A stretch of DNA of 64,000 nt from Bacteroidota bacterium (lineage in GTDB: Bacteria; Bacteroidota; Bacteroidia; Bacteroidales; GCA-2748055). Positions 18,511 to 28,357 of this stretch are shown piece by piece. The DNA lies in contig JBDLIX010000007.1 in NCBI GenBank assembly GCA_039714655.1, positions 4,543-68,542 of the forward strand, given 5' to 3'. The notes under the pieces were generated by a model. The model was not told the DNA's origin. It did not search any database and saw only the letters and a program-made list of their open reading frames with translations. Numbering within the stretch: the stretch's first letter is position 1; every line of letters starts with the position of its first letter. Position numbers and translations under genes: made by a program.

Positions 18511-20199
18511 ATGAAATTAACAAAACGCAATATTTTCGTCGGGGGAATGCTCATCATCCTGCTGAGCGTGGGGTTTACCACCATTAAGAACAAGGACCTG
18601 GAACTGGTAAAAAACCTGGATATCTATTACACCCTGTTCAGAGAACTGAACATGTTCTATGTGGATGAAACAGATCCCGAGAAGCTGGTCACCACCAGTA
18701 TCAATGCCATGCTTACTTCGCTTGACCCGTACACCACCTATATTCCGGAATCCCATATGGACGATTTCAAATTCCAGACAACCGGGGAATACGGAGGCAT
18801 TGGGTCGCTTATTCGCAGATCGGGGGACCATGTGATTATTGCAGATCCATACGATGGGTTTCCAGCCGCCACATCGGGGATCCGCGCAGGAGATAAAATA
18901 CTCAAGGTAGATGGAAAACCCACCGGAGAGATGGATATTGAATCGGTCAGTGATCAATTGAAAGGGAAACCAGGGACCGATCTCAAATTAACTATAGAGC
19001 GATACGGTGAGGATGATCCCCTTGACTTTTTCCTTGTAAGAGAAAAAATTTCCATTCGCAACGTTCCCTATTTTGGAATGATCGACGCGCAGACAGGATA
19101 TATCCGCATCACTAATTTTACAACAGGTGCCGGAAAAGAGGTTGAAAATGCATTGAAATCACTTCAAGAAAATCATCCTATGAAATCACTGGTGCTGGAT
19201 CTTCGTTCCAATCCGGGGGGGCTGTTAATTGAAGCTGTCAGGATCTGTAATCTTTTCGTTGGCAAAGGTGAAATGATCGTAAACACCCAGGGGAAAGTGA
19301 AGCAATGGGATTCTGAATACATTACTCCGAAAGAACCCGTTAATACAGAAATTCCGCTTGTGGTACTGATCAATCGAGGATCCGCTTCAGCATCAGAAAT
19401 TGTGGCCGGAGCCCTTCAGGATCTGGATCGTGCAGTGATTGTGGGACAAAGAACCTTTGGAAAAGGTTTGGTTCAAACCTCCAGACCCCTCAAGTACAAT
19501 GCTCAGCTCAAAGTAACCACAGCCAAATATTATATTCCAAGTGGCCGCTGTATTCAGGCTCTTGATTATTCCAATCGCAACGAAGATGGCAGTGTGGGTG
19601 TTATTCCCGACTCCCTTATTTCGGAATACGAAACCAGGAATGGCCGGTTGGTCTATGATGGAGGTGGGATTCAACCCGATATGGAGATAATCCCGGAAAT
19701 GTTTTCAGAAATTACGCTTCAGCTTTATACCCAGAATATGTTTTTTGATTTTGCCACCCGTTACCGTTGTACCAATGAGGAAATAGCGGCTCCAGAATCA
19801 TTCAGGATATCAGATGATGAATATACTTTATTTAAATCTTTTGTTGAAGAAAATGGATTTGAATTTCAAACTGCCAGCGAAATGGCATTCGAGAGCCTCA
19901 AAAAGACCGCTCAACGGGAAAAATATTATGAGCTTGCCAGCGAAGAGTTCTCCTCGCTGGAACAGATGCTTTCTCACAATAACCTGAAAGATCTGGAAAC
20001 ATTCCAGGATGAGATCCGGCAAATCCTTTCGGAGGAGATTGTCAACCGGTACTATTACCATGCGGGAAGAATCGTTGCACAGATTAGGGAAGACATACAG
20101 CTGGATAAGGCGCTGGAAGTATTGAATGAACCTGCACTGGTGAAAGAAGTTCTTGCGGGAACCCAGGGTGCGCTCATCACAGCTGGAGCAAAACCCTAA
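18511..20199 (+). CDS. S41-family C-terminal processing peptidase (CtpA/Prc)
   Basis: LDPYT, PDZ domain, LDLRSNPGGLL, catalytic SASASEIVAGALQD and GQRTFGKGLVQ. Confidence 0.93.
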   Translation: MKLTKRNIFVGGMLIILLSVGFTTIKNKDLELVKNLDIYYTLFRELNMFYVDETDPEKLVTTSINAMLTSLDPYTTYIPESHMDDFKFQTTGEYGGIGSLIRRSGDHVIIADPYDGFPAATSGIRAGDKILKVDGKPTGEMDIESVSDQLKGKPGTDLKLTIERYGEDDPLDFFLVREKISIRNVPYFGMIDAQTGYIRITNFTTGAGKEVENALKSLQENHPMKSLVLDLRSNPGGLLIEAVRICNLFVGKGEMIVNTQGKVKQWDSEYITPKEPVNTEIPLVVLINRGSASASEIVAGALQDLDRAVIVGQRTFGKGLVQTSRPLKYNAQLKVTTAKYYIPSGRCIQALDYSNRNEDGSVGVIPDSLISEYETRNGRLVYDGGGIQPDMEIIPEMFSEITLQLYTQNMFFDFATRYRCTNEEIAAPESFRISDDEYTLFKSFVEENGFEFQTASEMAFESLKKTAQREKYYELASEEFSSLEQMLSHNNLKDLETFQDEIRQILSEEIVNRYYYHAGRIVAQIREDIQLDKALEVLNEPALVKEVLAGTQGALITAGAKP

Positions 20200-20201
20200 T
20201 T

Positions 20202-22985
20202 TTAATGTGCTTCAAGCCAGTTTGCCCCTTCTCCCATATCAACAGTTAAGGGCACCTGCAGTTGCACAGCGTGTTCCATCATCTCCCTGACAATCTGTTT
20301 CACCCTCTCTAATTCACCAGGTTTAACATCGAAATTCAATTCATCATGTACCTGGAGTATCATGGCTGATTCTAGTTGCTCTAAGTCAAAGGCTTCCTGT
20401 ATATTCACCATAGCGATCTTAATGACATCAGCGGCCGATCCCTGAATGGGTGAATTGATGGCATTCCTCTCTGCATTTCCACGCACCACCGAATTTCTTG
20501 AAAGAATATCGGGAAGATATCGACGTCGTCCGTGCATGGTCTCCACATATCCATTTTCACGGGCCATTTTTATGCTCTCATCCATATAGTCTCTGATCCT
20601 TGGATAAGTCTCAAAATAGCCATCTATCAATTGTCGCGCTTCTGATCTTGTAATCTGCATTCTCTGAGATAATCCAAATGCTGAAATTCCATAAATAATT
20701 CCAAAGTTGGCTGTCTTTGCATTGCTTCGCATCTCCCTGGATACTGCTCCGGGATCCACCTTATAGATCTTTGCCGCTGTTGCGGTATGAATATCTTCAT
20801 CATTGACAAAAGCCTCAATCATCTGACCATCATTGCTGAGATGGGCCATTAATCGAAGCTCGATCTGGGAATAATCTGCAGATAAAAAAATATTATCCTT
20901 CGTTCCAGGAATGAAAGCCCGCCGTATCTCCCTGCCTCTTGCTTCCCTCACGGGGATATTCTGAAGGTTGGGATTGATGGAAGATAATCTTCCTGTAGTA
21001 ACAATGGCTTGGTTAAACGAGGTGTGTAATTTTCCGCTCACATCTTTAACAAGCTTGGGAAGCGCTTCCGCGTAGGTGGAGAGCAATTTTCTTAATGATC
21101 TGTATTCCAATACCATTGCCACAATTGGATGTTTGTCCCGCAATTGAATCAACACCTCCTCGCCAGTGGCATATTGTTTTGTTTTGGTTCTCTTTGGATC
21201 AGAAATAATCTTCAACTTTCCGAACAGAACCTCTCCCAGCTGTTTTGGGGAACTTATATTGAATTCTGTTTCCGCCAGTTTATAAATCTCAGCTTCTGTG
21301 ACAATGATCTCTTTTCTTAGCTCTTCTGCAAACAGTTTCAATGCCTCCACATCAAGTTTAACTCCATGATGCTCCATTCTCATCAACACAGGGACCAGTG
21401 GCATTTCAATCTTTTCAGAGAGTTTGCTGAAGCCCTGCTCATCCAATTTCTTTTTCAAAATCCCGGCCAATTGAAAGGTAATATCTGCATCCTCACCCGC
21501 ATACTCTTTGGCCCTTTCCGGAGTAACTGACCGGAAAGATGTTTGCCGGGTCCCCTTCTTTCCGATCAACTCCTCTATTTTTACCATGGAATAATCCAGG
21601 TAGTGTTCAGCCAGTACATTTAAATTGTGCTTCTGATCCGGTTTAAGCAGAAAATGTGCAACCATCGTATCAAATAAGCTTCCTTTAACATCTAAATGAT
21701 AATTCTTTAAGATGTGAAGGTCATACTTTAAATTTTGACCGATCTTTTCAATTGACCCGTCCTGAAACGGAGCTGCCAATTCATCGATCCATGACTGTAC
21801 TGTCTCGCGATCATCTCCAAAGGAGAGATAGAAAGCTTTGTGCGGTTCCCAGCTAAAAGCAATCCCTACCAATTCTGCCTCCAGGGGATCGAGTCCGGTA
21901 GTCTCTGTATCAAAACAGAAAGTATTCAGTTTGGACAGCTTTTCGGACAACGCTTTCACTCCGTCAAGATCATTGATTAACTCATATTGATGGTCTACCG
22001 ATTCTATGGTCTTGAGTGTTGTTTCAACGACACCAACCCCTGCTGTTTCGGGGGACCCAAACAGTGTACCCTGATTGACGCTTCCTGAAGAGAGCGGTTT
22101 TTGTGGAGTATCTCCCAGGATTCTGTTTGCTAAATTTTTAAATTCCAGCTCTTTAAACAAAGTCTTAAGAGCGTCATGGTTCATCTCTTTCCTTACCAGG
22201 TCCATGGTAGGTTGTTGAACCGGAACTTCCAGGGCAATGGTAGCCAACGCTTTTGATAGAATTACCTGCTCCCGGGAATTTTCAAGGTTCTCCCTTTGCT
22301 TGCCTTTGAGCTGTTCAATGTTTTCATAGACCCCTTCAACTGACTGAAACTCACCAATCAGTTTCTTTGCAGTTTTTTCGCCAATTCCTCTGGCCCCCGG
22401 AATATTATCTGCCGAATCTCCCCACAATGCCAGGATGTCAATTACCTGACTGGGATGTTCCACGAGGAACTTTTCCCGCACCTCTTTGGGTCCCAAAATT
22501 TCGGGAGGATTTCCTCCTCTACCTGGTTTATACATAAAAATATTGTCTGAAACCAGTTGAGCAAAATCCTTATCGGGTGTCATCATAAACACTGTAAACC
22601 CCTCCTTTTCTGCCTTTTTAGCCATTGTTCCGATGACATCATCAGCTTCATAACCAGGTTCCTCAACAATCTGAATGTTAAATCCTTCAATAAGTTTTTT
22701 GATGTATGGAACTGACCTTTTTATATCCTCCGGAGTAGCCTCCCTGTTGGCTTTGTATTCTGAATACATTTCATTCCTGAAGGTGGGGCCGGGCGGATCA
22801 AATACCACCGCGATGTGGGTGGGCTCCTCCTTGCGCAGGATCTCTTCCAATGCGAGGGTAAATCCAAAGATGGTGGAGGTTGGAATTCCTGTTGAGTTGG
22901 TCATTGGATTGGATATGAATGCATAGTATGCCCGGAAAATGAGCGCATAAGCATCCAGGAGAAAAAGTTTCTTTTCCTGATTCAT
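20202..22985 (-). CDS. polA: DNA polymerase I
   Basis: 5'-3' exonuclease LLDAYALIFRAYYA and EADDVIG, 3'-5' exonuclease FDTETTG, polymerase motifs SADYSQIELR, AKTANFGIIYG and QVHDEL. Confidence 0.98.
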   Translation of the reverse strand: MNQEKKLFLLDAYALIFRAYYAFISNPMTNSTGIPTSTIFGFTLALEEILRKEEPTHIAVVFDPPGPTFRNEMYSEYKANREATPEDIKRSVPYIKKLIEGFNIQIVEEPGYEADDVIGTMAKKAEKEGFTVFMMTPDKDFAQLVSDNIFMYKPGRGGNPPEILGPKEVREKFLVEHPSQVIDILALWGDSADNIPGARGIGEKTAKKLIGEFQSVEGVYENIEQLKGKQRENLENSREQVILSKALATIALEVPVQQPTMDLVRKEMNHDALKTLFKELEFKNLANRILGDTPQKPLSSGSVNQGTLFGSPETAGVGVVETTLKTIESVDHQYELINDLDGVKALSEKLSKLNTFCFDTETTGLDPLEAELVGIAFSWEPHKAFYLSFGDDRETVQSWIDELAAPFQDGSIEKIGQNLKYDLHILKNYHLDVKGSLFDTMVAHFLLKPDQKHNLNVLAEHYLDYSMVKIEELIGKKGTRQTSFRSVTPERAKEYAGEDADITFQLAGILKKKLDEQGFSKLSEKIEMPLVPVLMRMEHHGVKLDVEALKLFAEELRKEIIVTEAEIYKLAETEFNISSPKQLGEVLFGKLKIISDPKRTKTKQYATGEEVLIQLRDKHPIVAMVLEYRSLRKLLSTYAEALPKLVKDVSGKLHTSFNQAIVTTGRLSSINPNLQNIPVREARGREIRRAFIPGTKDNIFLSADYSQIELRLMAHLSNDGQMIEAFVNDEDIHTATAAKIYKVDPGAVSREMRSNAKTANFGIIYGISAFGLSQRMQITRSEARQLIDGYFETYPRIRDYMDESIKMARENGYVETMHGRRRYLPDILSRNSVVRGNAERNAINSPIQGSAADVIKIAMVNIQEAFDLEQLESAMILQVHDELNFDVKPGELERVKQIVREMMEHAVQLQVPLTVDMGEGANWLEAH
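22456..22471. other. parS-like site inside polA
   Basis: TGTTCCACGAGGAACT has one core mismatch to the TGTTCCACGTGGAACT site at 28342. Confidence 0.55.
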
Positions 22986-22991
22986 TGAGAA

Positions 22992-23441
22992 TTATCTGTT
23001 ATCGTCTGCGTACCACTCCGCATAAGAAGTGGCCGTTTCAAAAAGTTTGACGGAGTGTAGTTCTAATCCCGGAGAATGAAATGATTGCATCTTTTTTACA
23101 ATAAACAGGACCAGGTTCTCACAAGTGGGCTGAAAATCAAATATATGCACTTTCTCATACATTTGTCGGACTGCATCGAGGGATCTCCCCCCGGATTCAC
23201 TGTACACAACCAGTGAATGATCGAAAAAATCCACCACAGGACCCTTGATCATCTGCTTCAGGTCCTTAAAATCCAGAACCATTCCAAACTTAGGATCGGT
23301 GCTGTCTGTAATAGGTTCTCCAATCATTGTAACAAAAAGTTTGTATGAATGCCCGTGAATGTTTTTACATGCGCCATCATAATTCCACAGCGCATGAGCC
23401 ATCTCAAAATCAAACTCTTTGGTTACCCGAATCCTACTCAT
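22992..23441 (-). CDS. queD: 6-carboxy-5,6,7,8-tetrahydropterin synthase
   Basis: FEMAHAL, CKNIHGHSY, LDFKDLK, PTCENL, ETATSYA. Confidence 0.9.
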   Translation of the reverse strand: MSRIRVTKEFDFEMAHALWNYDGACKNIHGHSYKLFVTMIGEPITDSTDPKFGMVLDFKDLKQMIKGPVVDFFDHSLVVYSESGGRSLDAVRQMYEKVHIFDFQPTCENLVLFIVKKMQSFHSPGLELHSVKLFETATSYAEWYADDNR

Positions 23442-23456
23442 TCCCGGTTGATTTTT

Positions 23457-23756
23457 TTAATCACAGACACATTCACTGATACAGTTAACCAATTTACTGA
23501 GATTCTGATGTTTCAGATAGTAAAAGGTGCTCTTTCCTTTTCTGGTGGAAGCAAGAATGCCCTTATCTTTTAAGATACCAAGATGGTGAGAAGCGGTGGA
23601 TTGCTCAATCTTAAGAAGATTGTGTATCTCCGTCACATTCAGATGCTTACTCCCTTCCAGATGTCCCAGGATCGCCAGGCGCATGGGATGTGAAATGGCC
23701 TTGATCATTTTTGCAGCCTTGTCTATTTCTTCCGGCCTTAATTGAGAGAATTCCAT
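23457..23756 (-). CDS. ArsR/SmtB-family transcriptional regulator
   Basis: KAISHPMRLAIL, EQSTASHHLGILK winged helix, Cys-rich C-terminus NCISECVCD. Confidence 0.9.
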   Translation of the reverse strand: MEFSQLRPEEIDKAAKMIKAISHPMRLAILGHLEGSKHLNVTEIHNLLKIEQSTASHHLGILKDKGILASTRKGKSTFYYLKHQNLSKLVNCISECVCD

Positions 23757-23796
23757 GGATATAATGATTCGTTATTGGGATACTATTGAACAAATA

Positions 23797-23820
23797 CAAA
23801 TATATCAATATTTAAGATAT
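23797..23820 (-). promoter_or_regulatory. -7 box (TATATTTG) for arsR overlapped by the inverted repeat ATATC-N9-GATAT (candidate ArsR operator)
   Basis: CAAATATA at 23797-23804; ATATCAATATTTAAGATAT at 23802-23820. Confidence 0.5.
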
Positions 23821-23876
23821 TTAATTTGTTCATGGTACCTGTGATGTAAATAATACCTTAATCTGCTATCTTTTTC

Positions 23877-23884
23877 TACCTTTG
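23877..23884 (+). promoter_or_regulatory. -7 box (TACCTTTG) for the polyprenyl synthase gene
   Basis: Exact TAnnTTTG 20 nt before ATG 23905. Confidence 0.6.
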
Positions 23885-23904
23885 AAAATTCCAATCCAGA
23901 GTAG

Positions 23905-24879
23905 ATGAGCAAATTGGAGGAGATCAGGAATCCGGTCAGACTGGAAATGAAAGAGTTTGACAAACGATTCAAAACTGCTGTATCCAGCAATATTCCATTG
24001 TTGAATGTTGTAACTGGTTATGTATTGCGCAGAAAAGGAAAGCAAATGCGTCCTTTGTTTGTTTTTCTCTCTTCCAAATTAACGGGAAAGATCACCGAAT
24101 CGACCTATACGGCAGCATCCCTTATCGAATTGATGCATACAGCTACACTTGTGCATGACGATGTGGTGGATGAATCCAATGAACGCAGGGGAATCTTTTC
24201 CATCAACGCCATCTGGAAATCAAAGGTTGCTGTGCTATTGGGAGATTACCTCCTGGCTCAGGGTCTCCTTCTTGCGGTTGAGAAAAAAGATTTCGAACTC
24301 CTCGAAATTGTATCCAATGCCTCAAAAGAGATGAGTGAGGGTGAACTGGTTCAGATTCAGAAATCCAGAAGTCTGAATATCGATATTGAGACCTATTATG
24401 AGGTAATACGGAAAAAAACAGCAAGCCTTATTGCTGCCTGTACTGCCTCTGGGGCCAGTTCATCAGGAGCAGATCAAGAGGTTGTTGACCGGGTCTATGA
24501 AATGGGCATCAAAATAGGAATGGCTTTCCAAATAAAAGACGATCTATTTGATTTTCAGCCACATGGATTAATCGGCAAACCCACCGGAAATGATATTAAG
24601 GAGAAAAAATTTACCCTTCCGTTGATCTATGCATTGAACCAGGCTGAAGCTGGCAAAAGGAAGATGATGATCAGGAAGATAAAAAATGGAAACCGGAGCC
24701 AGCAGGTGGTGAACGAAGTGGTCCGTTTTGTAAAGGAGATGGGGGGAATCGACTTTGCCTTTGAAAAGATGCAGGAGTTCAAATCAGGCGCCATGGAAAT
24801 TCTGCAAACATTCCCCGACTCTCCTGCCAGAAACTCCCTCAGAGACCTGGTGGAATTCACAGTCTCCCGAAATAAATAG
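23905..24879 (+). CDS. ispB: Long-chain polyprenyl diphosphate synthase (IspB-like)
   Basis: GKQMRP, first Asp-rich motif HDDVVD..RRG, second motif FQIKDDLFD, GNDIKEKK.TLP. Confidence 0.9.
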   Translation: MSKLEEIRNPVRLEMKEFDKRFKTAVSSNIPLLNVVTGYVLRRKGKQMRPLFVFLSSKLTGKITESTYTAASLIELMHTATLVHDDVVDESNERRGIFSINAIWKSKVAVLLGDYLLAQGLLLAVEKKDFELLEIVSNASKEMSEGELVQIQKSRSLNIDIETYYEVIRKKTASLIAACTASGASSSGADQEVVDRVYEMGIKIGMAFQIKDDLFDFQPHGLIGKPTGNDIKEKKFTLPLIYALNQAEAGKRKMMIRKIKNGNRSQQVVNEVVRFVKEMGGIDFAFEKMQEFKSGAMEILQTFPDSPARNSLRDLVEFTVSRNK

Positions 24880-24886
24880 TCTGTTT

Positions 24887-26689
24887 TTAATCCTCCCGGA
24901 GATGGTTCGCCAGAATCCTGGCCCTATCAAATCCTATTTCCGCAGCAAGTTCATCCTGTGAGGCTGACTTGATTCTCTCCAGTGACCTGAATTTCGTAAA
25001 CAACTTTTCAATGGATTTTGCTCCTATTCCAGGTACCTCTTCCAGCACTGATTGTATCATGGTGTTGGATCTCTTCTGCCGATGAAAGGTGATTCCAAAC
25101 CTATGTGCTTCATTTCTAAGGTTTTGAATAAGTTTGAGCGATTCTGAATTCTTGTTGATATAGAGCGGTACAGGATCCCCGGGAAAGTATATCTCCTCAA
25201 GTTTTTTAGCAATACCAATAATGGCAATCCTGCCACGTAAATCCAACTTAATCAAGCTTTTAAGTGCAGCATTCAGTTGACCCTTTCCTCCATCAACAAT
25301 AACAAGTTGCGGAAGATCCTCTTTCTCTTCAACCAGTCGTCTGTACCTTCTGAAGACCACCTCTTCCATGGAAGCAAAATCATCAATACCTTTTACACCC
25401 TTAATGTTATAATGCCTGTATGCCCGCTTCAAAGGTTTTCCCTGTTTAAAAACCACACAGGCAGCCACAGGATCACTGCCATGAATGTTACTGTTATCAA
25501 AACACTCTATATGCAGCGGGAGCTCCTGTAGTCTGAGGTCTGCCTGTAGCGTTTTCAAAACCCGGTCCATGGCACTTTCCTTTTTCCTGACTGAGGCTCT
25601 TCTCTTTTTCTCCAGCCTGTAGCTTTTTGCGTTTCGCTCTGATAATTCCAGTAATTTTTTCTTATCTCCACGTTGTGGTACAGTGAGGCGGTTATCAGGA
25701 AAATAGGCCTGAAGATTCATTGGCAGGATCATTTCTCTGGAGCTGCTTTCGATTCTATTGCGTAAATCAGTTACAGCAAAAGCCAACAGATCCTCATCCG
25801 GTTCATCCAGTTTCTTTTTAATTTCAACTGTGTGGGCTTGAATAATGGCTCCCTTTACCACCTTTAAAAAGTTTACAAAGGCTTCCTTCTCATCACTTAC
25901 AATACTAAATACATCCACATCGTGTATGTTGGGATTCACAATTGTAGATTTACTTTGATACCTCGACAGCACCTCTATTTTCTCTTTGAACAGGTTTGCC
26001 TCCTCATATCGAAAAGAGGCTGCCCTGTGAGCCATCTCCTTTTTCAGGAAACTAATTACTTCACTCAAATTTCCCTTGATGATCTCCCTTATTTGTTGAA
26101 TGCTTTCATCATAATCAGCCTCGCTTTGCAAACCCTCGCAGGGACCTTTGCAATTACCAATGTGATATTCGAGGCATAACTTAAATTTCCTTCGGGAGAT
26201 ATTCTCCTCCGTCAGTGAATGCTTACATGTTCTCAATTGATAAAGCTGCCTGATAAGGGTCAGTAGAATTTTTACAGCATATGCAGAAGTATAAGGTCCA
26301 TAGTATTGTGACCCGTCATTAATTACACTCCTGGTTGAAAACACCCGGGAAAAAGGCTCCTTTTTAATACAGATCCAGGGAAATGTTTTATCATCCTTGA
26401 GCATGATGTTGTAACGGGGTTGATGCTTTTTGATTAGATTATTCTCCAGCAATAGTGCATCGGATTCATTGTTAACTACAACATACTTTATATTAGAGAT
26501 GCGATTTACAAGGACTTTTACCTTATAGGAATCGAACTTCTTTTTGTTAAAATATGAGGATACCCGCTTCTTCAGGTTCTTGGCTTTCCCGATATAAATG
26601 ATTTCACCTTTCTGATCAAAGAATTGATATACTCCCGGCAATCCGGGCAGTGCCCTGATCAAATCCTGTAATTGTGATGGATCTGTCAT
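24887..26689 (-). CDS. uvrC: Excinuclease ABC subunit C
   Basis: GIY-YIG domain PGVYQF...IYIGKAKNL, IECFDNSN, DGGKGQL, RNEAHRFGITFHR, HhH VPGIGAK. Confidence 0.97.
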   Translation of the reverse strand: MTDPSQLQDLIRALPGLPGVYQFFDQKGEIIYIGKAKNLKKRVSSYFNKKKFDSYKVKVLVNRISNIKYVVVNNESDALLLENNLIKKHQPRYNIMLKDDKTFPWICIKKEPFSRVFSTRSVINDGSQYYGPYTSAYAVKILLTLIRQLYQLRTCKHSLTEENISRRKFKLCLEYHIGNCKGPCEGLQSEADYDESIQQIREIIKGNLSEVISFLKKEMAHRAASFRYEEANLFKEKIEVLSRYQSKSTIVNPNIHDVDVFSIVSDEKEAFVNFLKVVKGAIIQAHTVEIKKKLDEPDEDLLAFAVTDLRNRIESSSREMILPMNLQAYFPDNRLTVPQRGDKKKLLELSERNAKSYRLEKKRRASVRKKESAMDRVLKTLQADLRLQELPLHIECFDNSNIHGSDPVAACVVFKQGKPLKRAYRHYNIKGVKGIDDFASMEEVVFRRYRRLVEEKEDLPQLVIVDGGKGQLNAALKSLIKLDLRGRIAIIGIAKKLEEIYFPGDPVPLYINKNSESLKLIQNLRNEAHRFGITFHRQKRSNTMIQSVLEEVPGIGAKSIEKLFTKFRSLERIKSASQDELAAEIGFDRARILANHLRED

Positions 26690-28326
26690 GTTGACGGCTC
26701 AAAGAGAGGGGTAAATGAAAACCTATCCACATCGAACAATCCCCTGTCCCCAATTTTTAGCGAAGGAATAACCAACAGAGCCATGAAAGAGAGGGTCATA
26801 AACGGAGCATGCAGTGAAGATCCCAACCCTCCAATCATCCGGGTCAATTTCATATATTCCTTACCAACAACTTCTACCGGCTGAGAGGTCATCAATCCGG
26901 CAATGGGCAATGACAATCCATGTATGCTGCGACCATCGTGCACAGCAATACCTCCCCGTCTGTTAAAAATCCAATTGATTGACTCCTCCATTGCTTTGTC
27001 TGATGTTCCGACACAAATTACATGATGACTATCGTGGGCAATGCTTGAAGAAATGGCTCCATGTTTAATCCCGAATCCCCGAATAAATCCTATTACCGGT
27101 TTAATGTCCGGATCATACCTGTTTACAACAACAATTTTCAGAAGGTCCTCTTCCGGTTTACTTTTTACCTCCGTGATCTCATCCGGGAGAAGAACTTCTC
27201 CCCTTCGTGTTATCAATGATCCATCAATCGCTTCGATCACCTTCATGCGATTAGATGATTTGACCACCAACAGATCGGATGACGAAATCTTTCTTTTTGC
27301 AAACGCGTTGACAATTTTTGTATCTACCGAAGGTATATAGGTTTTCTCCTTTGCAAACACAGGGACCCCTTCAATGTAGGTTGAAATCACCTGCATCTCC
27401 TTTAGTGAATCAACAACGATGAAATCTGCCCTGTCATGGGCCCTTAGTAGCCCAATATTTAGCCCATAGTGCAGGCTTGCATTTAAAGAAGCTGCTCTCA
27501 GGACGTCAAAATGATTAAATCCTGCTGAAATTGCTCTCTTAACAAGCTCATTTATATGCCCTTTTGTTAATTCATCGGGGTGACTATCGTCGGTACAGAA
27601 CATAAGGCTTCCAGGAGCAATATCCATCAAAGAGATCAATTCATCGAAGTTTTTAGCTCCACTCCCCTCCCTGATGAGGATTTTCATACCAAGTCCGATT
27701 TTCTCCAGGGCTTCGTTCCTGGATCCACATTCATGATCTGTAGTGATCCCTGCCTTTACATATTTTTCCAGATCTTTCCCACTTAGGCCGGGAGCATGTC
27801 CATCTATCTTCATTTTTTTCGATTGGGCCATCTTCAACTTTTTCATCACCATGGGATCACCATGAACCACCCCCGGGAAATTCATCATCTCCGCAAGGAA
27901 TCCTACTCCCTCAATCTTCAGTAAATTTTCAATCTCCCGATCATCAATCATCGCACCAGAAGACTCAAAAGGGGTAGCAGGAACGCAACTTGGAGCACCA
28001 AATAGAAACTTAAACGGGGTTTGATTGCCATTTTCCACCATAAAACGAACACCCTCCACTCCAAGCACATTTCCAATTTCATGTGGATCCGATACGGCTG
28101 CAATGGTTCCGTGCCTGACAGCCATTCTGGAAAATTCAACAGGAGTGACCATGGAACTTTCCACATGCACATGAGCATCTACAAATCCAGGCAGGATATA
28201 ATTTGTCCCAACATTGCTGCACTCCTCCACAGAAGTAATCACTCCCTCTTCGTAAAAGAGCTTTCCTTTAAATATTTTACCATTAATGACGTCGACAATA
28301 TTTCCGCCTACCGATCCTTTGAACAT
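26686..28326 (-). CDS. ade: Adenine deaminase (amidohydrolase family)
   Basis: PGFVDAHVHVESS, DPHEIGNV, EMMNFPGV, DGHAPG, TDHEC, FCTDD, AHDSHH. Confidence 0.92.
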   Translation of the reverse strand: MFKGSVGGNIVDVINGKIFKGKLFYEEGVITSVEECSNVGTNYILPGFVDAHVHVESSMVTPVEFSRMAVRHGTIAAVSDPHEIGNVLGVEGVRFMVENGNQTPFKFLFGAPSCVPATPFESSGAMIDDREIENLLKIEGVGFLAEMMNFPGVVHGDPMVMKKLKMAQSKKMKIDGHAPGLSGKDLEKYVKAGITTDHECGSRNEALEKIGLGMKILIREGSGAKNFDELISLMDIAPGSLMFCTDDSHPDELTKGHINELVKRAISAGFNHFDVLRAASLNASLHYGLNIGLLRAHDRADFIVVDSLKEMQVISTYIEGVPVFAKEKTYIPSVDTKIVNAFAKRKISSSDLLVVKSSNRMKVIEAIDGSLITRRGEVLLPDEITEVKSKPEEDLLKIVVVNRYDPDIKPVIGFIRGFGIKHGAISSSIAHDSHHVICVGTSDKAMEESINWIFNRRGGIAVHDGRSIHGLSLPIAGLMTSQPVEVVGKEYMKLTRMIGGLGSSLHAPFMTLSFMALLVIPSLKIGDRGLFDVDRFSFTPLFEPST

Positions 28327-28341
28327 GATGATCCTGGTTTA

Positions 28342-28357
28342 TGTTCCACGTGGAACT
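28342..28357. other. parS centromere site (ParB binding)
   Basis: TGTTCCACGTGGAACT has a perfect 14-bp palindrome core GTTCCACGTGGAAC matching the parS consensus, and overlaps the mnmG stop codon. Confidence 0.85.
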
